DNA of 64,000 nt from an uncultured Candidatus Rokubacteria bacterium (GTDB taxonomy: Bacteria; Methylomirabilota; Methylomirabilia; Rokubacteriales; CSP1-6). Under the pieces are notes generated by a model. That model was not told the origin of the DNA. It did no database searches and worked only from the letters and a program-made list of their open reading frames with translations. Made by a program: the position numbers and the translations under genes. The stretch's first letter is position 1; every line of letters begins with the position of its first letter. Where the stretch lies: contig CAVYTA010000007.1 of NCBI GenBank assembly GCA_963771355.1, positions 32,001 to 96,000 of the forward strand, in the 5' to 3' direction. Below are positions 46,992 to 59,585 of this stretch, piece by piece.

Positions 46992-47972
46992 GTGCCCGAT
47001 CCCATGACCGCACACCCGATGCGCGCCGGCCGCGCCGGTCTCTGGGGCGGCGCCGCGCTCGCCGGCTTCCTCGCCACCCTGCCGTGGTGGGCGGATGCCA
47101 GCACGCTCAGGCTCGTGGTCGAGGCGGTGTGCCTGCTCGTGCTCGCTCAGATGTGGAATCTCCTCGCCGGCTATGGCGGCCTGGTCTCGGTGGGACAGCA
47201 GGCCTATGTCGGGCTCGGCGGCTATACCCTCGTCGTGCTCGCCGACCTGGCGGGCCTCAACCCGTTCCTCTGCGTTCCGCTTGGCGGTCTGGTCGCCGCG
47301 CTGGCGGCGGCGCCGGTATCGCGGATCGCATTCCGTCTCCAGGGCGGCTACTTCGCCATCGGTACCTGGGTGATCGCGGAGGTGTTCCGCCTCGCGGTGG
47401 CGAATGCTTCCGCGCTCGGCGGCGGCTCCGGGCAAAGCCTTGTCGCCATGCGCGCGTTTCCCCGGGAGCTCCGCGAGTCGCTGACCTACTGGGTTGCGCT
47501 GGCGCTGCTGGTGGCGGTGATGGCGGGGGTGTACCTGCTGCTGCGCTCGCGTCACGGGCTGGCGCTGACCGCGCTGCGCGACAGCGAGGTGGCGGCGGAG
47601 AGCCAGGGCATCGACGTGGCCGCCACCAAGTTCATGGTCTACACGGTGGCGGCGTTCGGAGGGGGGTGCGCGGGGGCGCTCTACTTCCTCATGAACCTGC
47701 GCATCTCGCCCGACGCCGCCTTCGGCGTGAGCTGGTCCGCCTTCACCATCTTCATCGTGGTGATCGGCGGCACCGGCACCCTCGAAGGGCCCATCGCGGG
47801 AACGCTGCTCTTCTTCCTGCTGCGCGAGATGCTCGCCGATCACGGCACCTGGTACCTGATCGTGATCGGCGCGGTCGCCGTCGTCACCATGCTGGCCTTC
47901 CCCCAGGGACTCTGGGGCTGGGTGACACGCCGGCTCGACTTCTCCTTCTTTCCCGTGCGGCGGCGAATCTAG
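46992..47972 (+). CDS. ABC permease, LivM-like
   Basis: WNLLAGYGGLVSVGQ, GYFAIGT, VIGGTGTLEGP. Confidence 0.88.
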   Translation: MPDPMTAHPMRAGRAGLWGGAALAGFLATLPWWADASTLRLVVEAVCLLVLAQMWNLLAGYGGLVSVGQQAYVGLGGYTLVVLADLAGLNPFLCVPLGGLVAALAAAPVSRIAFRLQGGYFAIGTWVIAEVFRLAVANASALGGGSGQSLVAMRAFPRELRESLTYWVALALLVAVMAGVYLLLRSRHGLALTALRDSEVAAESQGIDVAATKFMVYTVAAFGGGCAGALYFLMNLRISPDAAFGVSWSAFTIFIVVIGGTGTLEGPIAGTLLFFLLREMLADHGTWYLIVIGAVAVVTMLAFPQGLWGWVTRRLDFSFFPVRRRI

Positions 47973-48373
47973 AGCTCGCGGTAGCCCCGAGCGTCGCTCC
48001 GCCCGCCGTCCTTGTACGCGACGATCCGCTTGGGCGAGGCATGGGTGCCGAGGAGCCGCAGCGGCTGGTCTCCGACTACGCGAAAGGAGTGCGGCACGCC
48101 GGGTGGGAGCGCGATGGTGTCCCCGCGACGGAGGACGATCTTCTCCGCTTCCCGCCCTTCCATCCAGGCCTCGGCCACCCCGTCCAGGATGTGCAGGACC
48201 TCCAGATACGGATGCGAATGCAGCGGGGCCTGATAGCCGGGCTGCGCGGTCTGGATACCGGTGCGTATCGGCGTCGTCCCCGCGTCGTCCCCGATGATGG
48301 GCTGATAGTTCGACAGCGGCCCGAAGGAAACCGTCTCGGTGTCGGCCAGGCGAACGACCTTGAGATCCGTCAT
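47969..48373 (-). CDS. Cupin domain protein
   Basis: HSHPY.E...G and GD...LPPGVPH cupin motifs. Confidence 0.85.
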   Translation of the reverse strand: MTDLKVVRLADTETVSFGPLSNYQPIIGDDAGTTPIRTGIQTAQPGYQAPLHSHPYLEVLHILDGVAEAWMEGREAEKIVLRRGDTIALPPGVPHSFRVVGDQPLRLLGTHASPKRIVAYKDGGRSDARGYREL

Positions 48374-48392
48374 GCTCGGGCCCTCCTGGGAC

Positions 48393-50196
<1,804 letters not shown>

Positions 50197-50371
50197 GTTC
50201 GGGGCATTGTCTCCGCGCGCCAAGGCATTGTCAAGTCTTGCCTCCCAGTCCGCGGGACCCCCTCTGGAAGGCCCCCGGACCTGGCTCCGGTCCACAAGAG
50301 CCTGGAATATCGGGGCTTCCGGACGGCCGACCCCTTGCGGTGGGCAGAGTTTCCGACTACTCTGCCGCTTG

Positions 50372-51457
50372 ATGCGAGTCCCCGCGCCGAAGATCCGTGA
50401 GCAGCTCATCGCCGTCCTCCGTGCGTGGGGGATGTCGGACGCGCATGCCGCCACCACGGCCGAGATGATGCTGGAGACCGATCTCCGCGGGGTGGACTCT
50501 CATGGCCTCTCGATGCTGCCCACCTACGACCGCGAGCTCCGGAGCGGCCGGCTGAACATGCGCCCGCAGTGGAAGACTCTGCGGGATGGGCCATCGATGG
50601 CGCTGATCGACGCCGACGCCTCGCTCGGCCACCCCATCTCGGTGCACGCCATGAATCTCGCCGTGGACAAGTGCCGCGAGAGCGCGGTGGCGGTGGTGTC
50701 GGTGACCAACTCGCATCACTTCGGCGCCGCCGGCTGCTATGCGCGGATCGCGGCCGAGCGCGGCGTGATCGGGATGGTCACCTCGTCCACCCGCGGCGTG
50801 ACCCTGGTGCCGACCTTCGGGGCCGAGCCGGTGATGGGCACCAACCCGCTCGCGTTCGCGGCGCCCGCGCGCCGCAATCCGCCCTTCCAGCTCGACATGG
50901 CCACCACCACGGTGGCGGCGGGCAAGGTCAAGGTTCACAAGCTGAACCATCGGCCGGTGCCCACGGGCTGGGTGGTCGACGGCGACGGCCGTCCGGTGAC
51001 CGACCCCGAGGAGGCGTTCCGCCACGTCTTCGAGCGCCCGGAGGGCGGCATCACGCCGCTCGGCGGCCCGCGCGAGGCCGGCGGCCACAAGGGGTACGGG
51101 CTGGCGGTGATGGTGCACATCCTGGGCGGCGCGCTGGCGGGCGCGTCCTTCTCGCCGATCCGGAACCGCACTCAGGGGCCGTCCGATCCGCACAATATCG
51201 GCCACTTCTTCCTCGCCATCGATCCGCGTGCCTTCCGCGCCGCGGGTGAGTTCGAGGACGACCTCGACCAGGTGATCGACGTGCTCCACGGCGCCCGGCG
51301 CGCCGATCCCGCCCAGCCCGTGCTGGTGGCGGGCGATCCGGAGATGGCGACGCGCGCGGAGCGGCTCCGCGACGGGGTGCCGGTTCCGGACGATCTGATG
51401 CAGCAGATCCAGGCGGTGACCCACAGCGCCGGCGTTCCGTTCATCCTCGGTCCGTAG
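50372..51457 (+). CDS. Ldh_2-family (malate/L-lactate/sulfolactate type) oxidoreductase
   Basis: RGVDSHG, SHHFGAAG, GTNPLAF, LDMATT, GHKGYGL. Confidence 0.9.
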   Translation: MRVPAPKIREQLIAVLRAWGMSDAHAATTAEMMLETDLRGVDSHGLSMLPTYDRELRSGRLNMRPQWKTLRDGPSMALIDADASLGHPISVHAMNLAVDKCRESAVAVVSVTNSHHFGAAGCYARIAAERGVIGMVTSSTRGVTLVPTFGAEPVMGTNPLAFAAPARRNPPFQLDMATTTVAAGKVKVHKLNHRPVPTGWVVDGDGRPVTDPEEAFRHVFERPEGGITPLGGPREAGGHKGYGLAVMVHILGGALAGASFSPIRNRTQGPSDPHNIGHFFLAIDPRAFRAAGEFEDDLDQVIDVLHGARRADPAQPVLVAGDPEMATRAERLRDGVPVPDDLMQQIQAVTHSAGVPFILGP

Positions 51458-51480
51458 GACCGAAGTCCCGGGAGGAGATC

Positions 51481-52428
51481 ATGGCAGTGATCAAGGTGAA
51501 AGACCTCGCGTTCGGGCGGCTGCGCTCACCGGACCTCGACCAGGCGGAGGAGTTCCTTACCCATTTCGGGATGATCCGCGCGGCGCGCACGCCCACGGCG
51601 CTCTACATGCGCGGGACGGACGCCGGCCACCATCTGCACGTGACCGAGCTGGGCGCGCCCGGCTTCGTGGGGCTCGCCTACTACGCGGCGAGCGAGGAGG
51701 ATCTCCAGCGCGTGGCGAAGGCGCCCGGGGCCTCCGCGGTGGAAGCCATCGACGAGCCGGGCGGGGGCCGGCGGGTCCGGTTGCGGGAGCCGAACGGGTA
51801 CCAGGTCGAGGTCGTCCACGGCATCGAGGCGCTGCCGCCGATCACGGTGCCGCGCCAGCCCATGAACACGGGCACCGAGCCGCTGCGGCGGGCAGGCGAG
51901 CTGATGCGGCTCCGCAAGTCCCCGGCGCCGATCAAGCGGATGGGGCACGGCGTGCTGGGCACGCCGAAGGTCGGCGAGACGGTGCAATGGTTCCGGGACA
52001 CGCTGGGCTTCATCCGGTCGGATGACGTCTACGCGGGCGCGAAGGACAATATCATCGGCTCGTTCAACCGCTGCGACCGCGGCGACGAGTACGTGGACCA
52101 CCACACGCTCTTCTGCGTCATGAACGAGCGGGCCGGGCTCAACCACATGTCTTTCGAGGTCCCCGACGTGGACGCGGTGTTCATGGACCACGAGTACCTG
52201 GCCCGGCTCGGCAAGTACGAGCACATGTGGGGCGTGGGGCGGCATCTCCTGGGCAGCCAGGTCTATGACTACTGGTGCGATCCCTGGGGCCGCGTGCACG
52301 AGCGGTGGGCGGACACCGACCGGCTGAACGCCCGGACGCCGGGGAATCTCCTGTCCGTCGAGGAAGGGTTCGTCAGCCAGTGGGGCGAGGCCCCGCCCGA
52401 CAAGTTCATCCACCACGTCAGCCAGTAG
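51481..52428 (+). CDS. VOC-family protein, extradiol dioxygenase-like
   Basis: Two VOC domains; GHGV, DHHTL, NHMSFEV, WGVGRHLLGSQVYDYW.DP. Confidence 0.82.
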   Translation: MAVIKVKDLAFGRLRSPDLDQAEEFLTHFGMIRAARTPTALYMRGTDAGHHLHVTELGAPGFVGLAYYAASEEDLQRVAKAPGASAVEAIDEPGGGRRVRLREPNGYQVEVVHGIEALPPITVPRQPMNTGTEPLRRAGELMRLRKSPAPIKRMGHGVLGTPKVGETVQWFRDTLGFIRSDDVYAGAKDNIIGSFNRCDRGDEYVDHHTLFCVMNERAGLNHMSFEVPDVDAVFMDHEYLARLGKYEHMWGVGRHLLGSQVYDYWCDPWGRVHERWADTDRLNARTPGNLLSVEEGFVSQWGEAPPDKFIHHVSQ

Positions 52429-52443
52429 CGGGGGGCCATAGCC

Positions 52444-52827
52444 ATGAGCGGCCGGCGGATCCTGTCCTTCGTATTCCCGGCGCTAATCTTCGTGGCCTTG
52501 GTGGCGTCGCCTCGCGCCGCTCAGGCGATGGAGGAGATCGCCCGCATGGAGACTCGTGAGGTCACCTGCGCGGACGGCGGCGACTTCTGCAAGCAATACC
52601 TCCACCAGCTCACTCTCACGAACCTCAACCAGACCCGGGCCGGCCGCACCTTCTTCGTCTACACCACAGACGAGATCGACGAGCGGCTCAAGGGGCTGAG
52701 GGCGGCGGTGCTCGACCCCGCCCTCGCCGCGTTGGCGGGCGAGATAGAGCGGCTCAAGCGCTCGCTGGTGGAGGTGGGCGCGGTGTGCTCGGAGGCGCCT
52801 CGCCCGGCCGCCCACACGACACGCTGA
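52444..52827 (+). CDS. Small secreted hypothetical protein
   Basis: Signal peptide, Cys pair, C-terminal coiled-coil-like segment. Confidence 0.55.
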   Translation: MSGRRILSFVFPALIFVALVASPRAAQAMEEIARMETREVTCADGGDFCKQYLHQLTLTNLNQTRAGRTFFVYTTDEIDERLKGLRAAVLDPALAALAGEIERLKRSLVEVGAVCSEAPRPAAHTTR

Positions 52828-52834
52828 GCGTGCG

Positions 52835-53728
52835 TCAGCTGCCGCGGAGGCGCGGGTCCAGCGTATCGCGGAGGGCGTCGCCCAGGAGATTGGTGCCGAA
52901 GACGGCCAGGCTGATGGCGATGCCGGGATAGATCACCAGCCACGGCGCCTTGGTGGCGTACTCCGCGGCGGCGATCGAGAGCATTCGGCCCCAGGACGGA
53001 AAGGGCTCCGGCACCCCCAGCCCGAGGAACGACAGCGCGGCTTCCGCGAGGATGGCGCCCCCGAGCTGCGCCGTGATGAGCACCACGAAGGGCCCGAAGG
53101 TGTTGGGCAGGATGTGGCGGAAGGCGACCCGCCCGTGGCCTCCCCCGAGAGCGTGGGCGGCCTCGATGTAGATGAACTCGCGGATGGCGAGCACGCTGGC
53201 GCGGACCACGCGTGCGGCCCGCGGCGCAATCACCACCGAGATGGCGATGATGGTATTGGTGAGGGAAGGACCCAGCGCGGCGGCCATCACCAGGGCCAGC
53301 ACGAGGATGGGCAGCGCCTGCATGATGTCCATCAGCCGCTGCGCGACCAGATCCGTCTTCCCGCCGACATAACCGGACACCAGCCCCACCAGCCCGCCCG
53401 TCACCGCGCCCAGGAGCGTGGAGGCGACGCCCACCAGGAGCGAGATGCGGGAGCCGTACACCAACCGGCTCCAGAGGTCGCGCCCGAGATTGTCCGTGCC
53501 CAGCCAGAACTCCGCCCCCGGCGCCACCAGCACCCGGGACGAGGTACGGATGGGATTGTGGGTGGCCAGGACCTCGGCGAGTACGGCGGCGATGATCAGG
53601 ACCAGCATGAGCAGCCCGCCCGCCGCGCCGAGCGGATTCTTCCGCACGAATAGCCAGAGCGCCCCGCCCCAGCCCCGCTCCTCGGGCAGCGCGTTGCGAA
53701 TGGGGACATCCAGGGTGCGGATGGCCAT
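52835..53728 (-). CDS. Peptide/nickel ABC permease, DppC-like
   Basis: LGTDNLGRDLWSR, EAA loop, RHILPN, LSFLGLG. Confidence 0.9.
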   Translation of the reverse strand: MAIRTLDVPIRNALPEERGWGGALWLFVRKNPLGAAGGLLMLVLIIAAVLAEVLATHNPIRTSSRVLVAPGAEFWLGTDNLGRDLWSRLVYGSRISLLVGVASTLLGAVTGGLVGLVSGYVGGKTDLVAQRLMDIMQALPILVLALVMAAALGPSLTNTIIAISVVIAPRAARVVRASVLAIREFIYIEAAHALGGGHGRVAFRHILPNTFGPFVVLITAQLGGAILAEAALSFLGLGVPEPFPSWGRMLSIAAAEYATKAPWLVIYPGIAISLAVFGTNLLGDALRDTLDPRLRGS

Positions 53729-54684
53729 CAAGCTTTCCCGTACTTGATGCGCGGGTCGAGCCAGGTGTACAGAAGGTCCACGGTGAGATTGGCCATCACC
53801 ACCACCACCGCGATCAGCATGACCAGGTTCTGGACGATGGGGTAGTCGCGCACCTGGATGGCGTCTACCAGATAGCGCGCGATGCCGGGCAGGTTGAACA
53901 CCGTCTCGGTGACGATGAGCCCGCCGATGAGGAAGGCGAACTCGATGCCGATGAGGGTGACGACGGGCAGGGAGGCGTTCTTGAGCGCGTGCCGCCACAC
54001 CACCTGCGTCTCCCGCTGGCCCTTGGCCCATGCCGTCCGGATATAGTCCTCCCGCAGCACCTCCAGCATGGTGGAGCGGGTGATGCGCATGATGAGGGCG
54101 GAGCTGCGATAGCCCACCGCCAGCCCGGGCAAGAGGAACTGGAAGAGGTTCGCGCCCAGGTTCTCGAAGGGGGACACGTAGGTCATGGACGGGATGAGGC
54201 CCAGTGAACGGACCAGGAGCAAGATCACGATCATGCCCAGCCAGAAGGACGGCATCGAGAGGCCGGCGAGCGAGAACACGCGCAGGGCATAGTCCACGGG
54301 TCGCCCTCGCCGGACGGCGCTGATCACGCCCGCCGGCACCCCCAGCAGCACCGAGAATCCCAGCGCGATGACGGCGAGCTCGAGGGTCACGGGCAGGCGC
54401 GGTTTGATGACTTCCCACGCGGGCAGATCGTAGCGGTAGGACTTGCCGAGGTCGCCGCGCAAGAACTCGCCGAGCCAGCGCACGTACTGGACCGGCACCG
54501 GCTTGTCGATGCCCAGCTCCGCCTCCAGCTTCCGGCGGTCCGCCTCGTCCACGTAGCCCGCCGACTCGAAGATCATGTCGGTGATATTGCCCGGAGCCAG
54601 GCGCATGAGGACGAAGATGAGGATGGACATCCCCAGGAGGGTGACGCCCGCGATCACCAGACGCTTGAAGATGTAGACCCGCAT
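53728..54684 (-). CDS. Peptide/nickel ABC permease, DppB-like
   Basis: GDLGKS, MPSFW, EDYIRTA.AKG, ETVFNLPG, LDPRI. Confidence 0.9.
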   Translation of the reverse strand: MRVYIFKRLVIAGVTLLGMSILIFVLMRLAPGNITDMIFESAGYVDEADRRKLEAELGIDKPVPVQYVRWLGEFLRGDLGKSYRYDLPAWEVIKPRLPVTLELAVIALGFSVLLGVPAGVISAVRRGRPVDYALRVFSLAGLSMPSFWLGMIVILLLVRSLGLIPSMTYVSPFENLGANLFQFLLPGLAVGYRSSALIMRITRSTMLEVLREDYIRTAWAKGQRETQVVWRHALKNASLPVVTLIGIEFAFLIGGLIVTETVFNLPGIARYLVDAIQVRDYPIVQNLVMLIAVVVVMANLTVDLLYTWLDPRIKYGKA

Positions 54685-54706
54685 GGCGCGCCGCGCCCCG
54701 CCCGCG

Positions 54707-56325
54707 CTACTTGTCCAGCCAGACGTCCTGGCGCCGGCTGATGTTGTAGATGGAGTTCTCGTGGGTAACCCAGTTCTTCACGTGCGGCCAGAGTACCCAG
54801 TGCTGCTTGCCCCAGCCCAGGATCGGCCGCGCTCCGTCCACCTGGAGCTTGCGGTCGATCTCGTTGACCAGAGCCAGCCGCTTCTTCGGGTCCGTCGTCT
54901 GCGACTGCTCGAGCATGAGCCGGTCGATCTCCTCCGAGCAGTAGCCGGAGAAGTTCCGCTGCGAGCCGCAGCGGTAGTTCTCGAAGAGCTGGGCGTCGGG
55001 ATCGTCGATGCCGACGCCGGTGAGGTTCAGCGCGACCGAGTACTCGAGTCGGGTCATCTTCGGGTGCCAGACCCCGGTCTCGATCTGCTCGAGGGTGGTC
55101 TCGATGCCCACCTGCTGGAGCTGGTCCACCATCCAGCTCGCGGTGTCCACGTAGATGGGCAGCGCCCGGGTCGAGAGCGTGAACTTCAGCGGGTTGCTGG
55201 GCCCGTAGCCCGCTTCGGCGAGGAGCTTGCGGGCCTCCGCCTTCTGCTTGGCCGGGTCGCCCATGCCGGCCAGCTTGGCGACCTCGGCGGCGGGCAGCCC
55301 CCACACCCCGGCCGGGCGCGGCAGCAAGGCGCCGCCGAAGGTGGCCGCTCCTTGCCGCGGCCCCACCAGATAGGCCTTGCGGTCCAGCGCCAGGTTGATG
55401 GCCTGCCGGATCCGTCGGTCGTTGAACGGCGGCTTCTTGAAGTTGATGAGGATGTTGTCGTTGACGTTGCTGTCGGTCTCGACCACGAGGAGCTTCGGCG
55501 CGCCGCCCTTTGCGTCTTCCGCGTTGGTGCGGTTCCAGCCGGTGCCGGCGACATCGAGTTGCCCGGATTGCACCGCGGCGATCTGGGTCGAGCGGTCGCG
55601 GATCACGATGAACTTGAGCCCGTCGAGGTAGGGCCGCCCCTTGACGAAGTAGTCGGGGTTCTTCACGTACTCGACGTACTCGCCCGGCTTGCTCTCCTTG
55701 AGCTTGAAGGGCCCCGTGCCGATGCACTTGTTCTTGAACTCCGCCAGCGGCACGTGCGCCGGATAGACGGGCGAGTAACCCGAGGCCAGCATGGGAAGGA
55801 GCGAGGGCTGCGGTTTCTTGAGGCGGAAGACCACGGTGTAAGGGTCCGGCGCCTCGATGGCGTCCACGTTCTCGTACCAGAGCTTGCGCGGGTTCACCTT
55901 GAGCTTCGCCTTCGCGTCGGCCGCCCCCCGCACCGCGTCGAAGGTGTACTTCACGTCCGCCGACGTGAAGGGCTTGCCGTCGTGCCACTTCACGTCCTTT
56001 CGCAGGAAGAAGACGAGGTTGCGATGCCCGTCCTGCCATGACCACCGCTCGGCCAGCTCGGGGATGATGGTGTCCACGCTCTCCTGCTTCTTCGCCGGGT
56101 CGTAGTAGATGAGATTGTTGAAGCAGGGGCTGGCCTGCTGGGTGGTCGCGACGGTGGACTCCTCGTGGGGCGAGAAGCTCGGCGTCGCGGACAGCGGGTG
56201 AGTGACGAGCACCCCGCCGTATTTGGGCGTCGGCGCCGACGGCGTCTGCGCCAGCGCGGCGCGCCCGGCCAGGCAAGGAGGACCAGCAGCGAAACCAAGG
56301 GGACGAGCGGTCGCGAACTTTTCAT
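54707..56325 (-). CDS. Family-5 ABC substrate-binding protein, frameshifted in the signal peptide (about 56260)
   Basis: SD GGAGG plus MKSSRPLVPLVSLLVLLAWPG in one frame; AALAQ...PELAERW, KWHDG, IGTGPF in another. Confidence 0.85.
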
Positions 56326-56529
56326 GGCGACCTCCGCGGGAGCGGAACGGTTCGACGTCGGACCGGCATGTGGTGGGGGAGTCTATCTGACGGGGATGCC
56401 GCTGGCAAGGGCTCCGCGAAGGCGCGAGGCTCCCAAGAATCATGGCGCGTCGCGTCTAGCCAACGGGCCTGCCTGCACCTTAAGGTTGGGCGCCGCCGGC
56501 GCATCCAGCACCGGGGAAGGAGGACGTCA

Positions 56530-57981
56530 ATGGGGACCTTCAACCGCATGTACGTCAACGGGGAGTGGATCGGGGCCGCCGGCGGAGCCGAGTTCGAGGT
56601 GCGCGACCCCGCCACGGGACAGGTGGTGGGCTCGGTCCCCGACGGCGGCGCCGCCGAGACGCAGATGGCCCTCGACGCGGCGGCGGCCGCCTTCCCGCGC
56701 TGGTCGGCGACGCCCGCCAAGGACCGCGGCGTCATCCTCAATCGCATCGGAGCCGGGATGGAGTCGAAGCGCGACGACATCGCGCGCCTCATCGTCCAGG
56801 AGAACGGCAAGCCGTTCGAGGAGGCGAAGAAGGAAGTCGCCTTCGCGCTGGGCTACTTCGCCTGGTTCGCCGAGGAGTCCCGTCGCCTCGGCGGCCAGTG
56901 GGTGCCCTCGCCGATGCCCGGCAAGCGGCTCTGGGTCTTCCACCAGCCGGTGGGGCCGGTCGCCGCCATCACGCCCTGGAACTTTCCCTCCACCATGGTG
57001 ACCCGCAAGATCGCGCCCGCGCTCGCCGCCGGCTGCCCGGTGGTGCTCAAGCCCGCCTCGGCCACGCCGCTCACCGCGCTGGCCCTGGCCGAGATTTGCC
57101 ACGAGGCGGGGCTGCCGGCCGGCGTCTTCAACGTGGTGACGAGCAAGCGCTCGTCGGTGGTGGCGGAGGCAATCCTCGCCGACGCGCGCATCCGCAAGAT
57201 CGGCTTCACCGGCTCCACCGAGGTGGGCAAGTGGATCATGGAGCGCGCGGCCAAGCAGCTCAAGCGCCTGTCCTTCGAGCTCGGCGGCAACGCGCCCTTC
57301 ATCGTCTTCGACGACGCCGACCTCGACGCGGCGGTCGAGGGCGCGGTGGCCATCAAGTTCCTGCGCGTGGGCGGCCAGTCCTGCATCTGCGCCAACCGGA
57401 TCTACGTGCAGCAGGGCATCGCGGGACGCTTCATCCCCGCGTTCACGGAGGCGGTGAAGAAGCTCGTGGTCGCGCCCGGATTCGAGCCCGGGGCCCAGGT
57501 GGGCCCGCTCATCAACGCGGCGGCGCGCGAGAGCGTGCACGCCCTGGTCGAGGACGCCGTGCGCCGCGGGGCGCGGGTGGCCGCCGGCGGCGGTCCGCTC
57601 ACGGAGGGGCCGCTCGCGCGCGGGTACTTCTACGCGCCCACCGTGCTGCTGGACGTCACCGACGACATGCGCGTCTGCCAGGAAGAGATCTTCGGCCCGG
57701 TGGCCCCGGTCGCCACGTTCGCGAGCGAGGACGAGGTGGTGCGCCGCGCCAACGACACCAGCTTCGGGCTGGCCGCCTACTTCTACACGCGGGACATGGC
57801 CCGGCTCGTCCGCGTGTCCGAGCGGCTGGAGTACGGGCTGGTGGGCGCCAATGACGCCGCCGGGTACACCCACGAGATCCCGTTCGGCGGATTCAAGGAG
57901 AGCGGGCTCGGTCGGGAAGGCGGCCACGACGGCCTCGAGGAGTACATGGAGGTGAAGTCCGTCGTGGTGAATCTCGCCTGA
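56530..57981 (-). other. Antisense shadow ORF region, not a gene (see the + strand ALDH)
   Basis: Long minus-strand ORF mirrors the ALDH codons and carries no motifs. Confidence 0.1.
56530..57981 (+). CDS. NAD(P)-dependent aldehyde dehydrogenase, GabD/SSADH-like
   Basis: ITPWNFP, FTGSTEVG, ELGGNAP, GQSCIC, EEIFGP. Confidence 0.92.
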   Translation: MGTFNRMYVNGEWIGAAGGAEFEVRDPATGQVVGSVPDGGAAETQMALDAAAAAFPRWSATPAKDRGVILNRIGAGMESKRDDIARLIVQENGKPFEEAKKEVAFALGYFAWFAEESRRLGGQWVPSPMPGKRLWVFHQPVGPVAAITPWNFPSTMVTRKIAPALAAGCPVVLKPASATPLTALALAEICHEAGLPAGVFNVVTSKRSSVVAEAILADARIRKIGFTGSTEVGKWIMERAAKQLKRLSFELGGNAPFIVFDDADLDAAVEGAVAIKFLRVGGQSCICANRIYVQQGIAGRFIPAFTEAVKKLVVAPGFEPGAQVGPLINAAARESVHALVEDAVRRGARVAAGGGPLTEGPLARGYFYAPTVLLDVTDDMRVCQEEIFGPVAPVATFASEDEVVRRANDTSFGLAAYFYTRDMARLVRVSERLEYGLVGANDAAGYTHEIPFGGFKESGLGREGGHDGLEEYMEVKSVVVNLA

Positions 57982-58018
57982 GGTGGTTCACGCGGACTCC
58001 AGTTCAGGAGGATGCTCA

Positions 58019-59050
58019 ATGACGCGGAACATGCTCGCCGGCTTCGCGGTCGCGCTCCTGTACCTCGCGCCGGCCGCCCCCGTCACCGCTCAGGAGGTCA
58101 TCAAGCTCAAGGTCTCCCACTTCGTCCCCGCCGCCCACAACCACCACGTCTCGGTGCTCGCGCCGTGGGTGGAGGAAGTGAAGAAGCGGACGAACGGCCG
58201 GGTGGAGCTGACGATCTTCCCCGGGGCCTCGCTCTGCAAGCCGCCGCAGCAGTACGACTGCGCGCGCGACGGCATCACCGACATCGCCTTCGGGGTCACC
58301 GGCTGGAGCCCGGGACGCTTTCCGCGCACCTCGGTGATCGAGCTGCCCTTCATGATGCACACTGCGGCCACCGGCTCGCAGATGCTGGCCGACCTCTGGG
58401 ACAAGTACTTGAAGGAAGAGTACGGGGACGTCCACGTGCTCTACATGAACGTCCATCCGGGCGGGCACATCCACACCTCCACCAAGCCCGTTCGCGCGCT
58501 GGAGGACTTGAAGGGGCTGAAAATCCGCACGCCGACCGCGACCATCGGTGACCTGCTCGAGACGCTGGGGGCGGTGAAGGTCGGCATGCCGGTGAACCAG
58601 ATCTATGAGTCGATGTCCACCAAGGTCATCGACGGCTTCGTGGTGCCGTACGAAGTGTTCCCGCCGCTGAAGCTGTTCGAGGTGTCGAAGTACCACACGG
58701 AGGTCGGCATGTACACGACGGCCTTCGCGACCTTCATGAACAAGAAGAAGTACGAGTCGCTGCCCGCCGACGTGCGCCGGGTGCTCGACGAGACGACGAG
58801 CGCGAAGGCCGGCTACTGGAAGAGCGTGGGCGCGCGGTGGGACGCCGCCGAGGCGCCGGGCCGCAAAGCGATCCTGGACCGCAAGAACGAGATCTACGTG
58901 GTGTCAAAGGAGGATCGCAAGAAGTGGCGCGACGCCACCCGCGGCCTCGACGACAAGTGGGTGGCCGAGATGGAGAAGAAGGGACAGCCGGGGAAGGCGC
59001 TGCTGAAGGAGGCGCGCGACCTCGCCGCGAAGTACGGCGAAGCCGACTAG
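58019..59050 (+). CDS. TRAP transporter substrate-binding protein (DctP family)
   Basis: Signal peptide, LKVSHF, ELPF, DLKGLKIR. Confidence 0.9.
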   Translation: MTRNMLAGFAVALLYLAPAAPVTAQEVIKLKVSHFVPAAHNHHVSVLAPWVEEVKKRTNGRVELTIFPGASLCKPPQQYDCARDGITDIAFGVTGWSPGRFPRTSVIELPFMMHTAATGSQMLADLWDKYLKEEYGDVHVLYMNVHPGGHIHTSTKPVRALEDLKGLKIRTPTATIGDLLETLGAVKVGMPVNQIYESMSTKVIDGFVVPYEVFPPLKLFEVSKYHTEVGMYTTAFATFMNKKKYESLPADVRRVLDETTSAKAGYWKSVGARWDAAEAPGRKAILDRKNEIYVVSKEDRKKWRDATRGLDDKWVAEMEKKGQPGKALLKEARDLAAKYGEAD

Positions 59051-59051
59051 G

Positions 59052-59585
59052 GTGTCGCTCCTCGCCCTCGAGCGAGCCGCCGTGGCCTCGACCCGGCGGC
59101 TCGCGCTGTTTGCGGGCTGGCTGCTGCTCGGCCTCTCGTTCGCCACCGTGCTCGACGCGCTGCTGCGGTACCTCTGGGGCCGGCCGATCCACGGGGCGTT
59201 CGAGGCGACCGAACTGCTGCTGGCCGGCATCATCTTCCTGGGCCTGCCGCACGCCAACATCACCGACGGCCACGTCTCGGTGGACCTCCTCACGCAGCGC
59301 TTTTCTCCCCGCGCCCAGCACGCGCTCATCGCCGCCAATGCCGTGCTCTCCGCGGCTCTGCTCGCCCTCATCACGATCGAGATGGCGCGGCTGGCGGCGG
59401 AGTTCTACGCGACGAGCCGGACCACGATCACCGCCCGGATCCCGATCTTCCCCTTCATCGTTCCGGTGACGGCGGCCGGCGGCCTCGCCGTGCTGGGCTT
59501 TCTGGCGCAGGCCGCGGGCGCGCTGGCGCGGGCGTTGCGAGGGGGGCTCCCGCCGCTGCCGGGGGCGGCCGGGCCACCGTCGTGA
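59052..59585 (+). CDS. TRAP small permease (DctQ)
   Basis: 4 TM segments, HVSVD motif. Confidence 0.88.
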   Translation: MSLLALERAAVASTRRLALFAGWLLLGLSFATVLDALLRYLWGRPIHGAFEATELLLAGIIFLGLPHANITDGHVSVDLLTQRFSPRAQHALIAANAVLSAALLALITIEMARLAAEFYATSRTTITARIPIFPFIVPVTAAGGLAVLGFLAQAAGALARALRGGLPPLPGAAGPPS

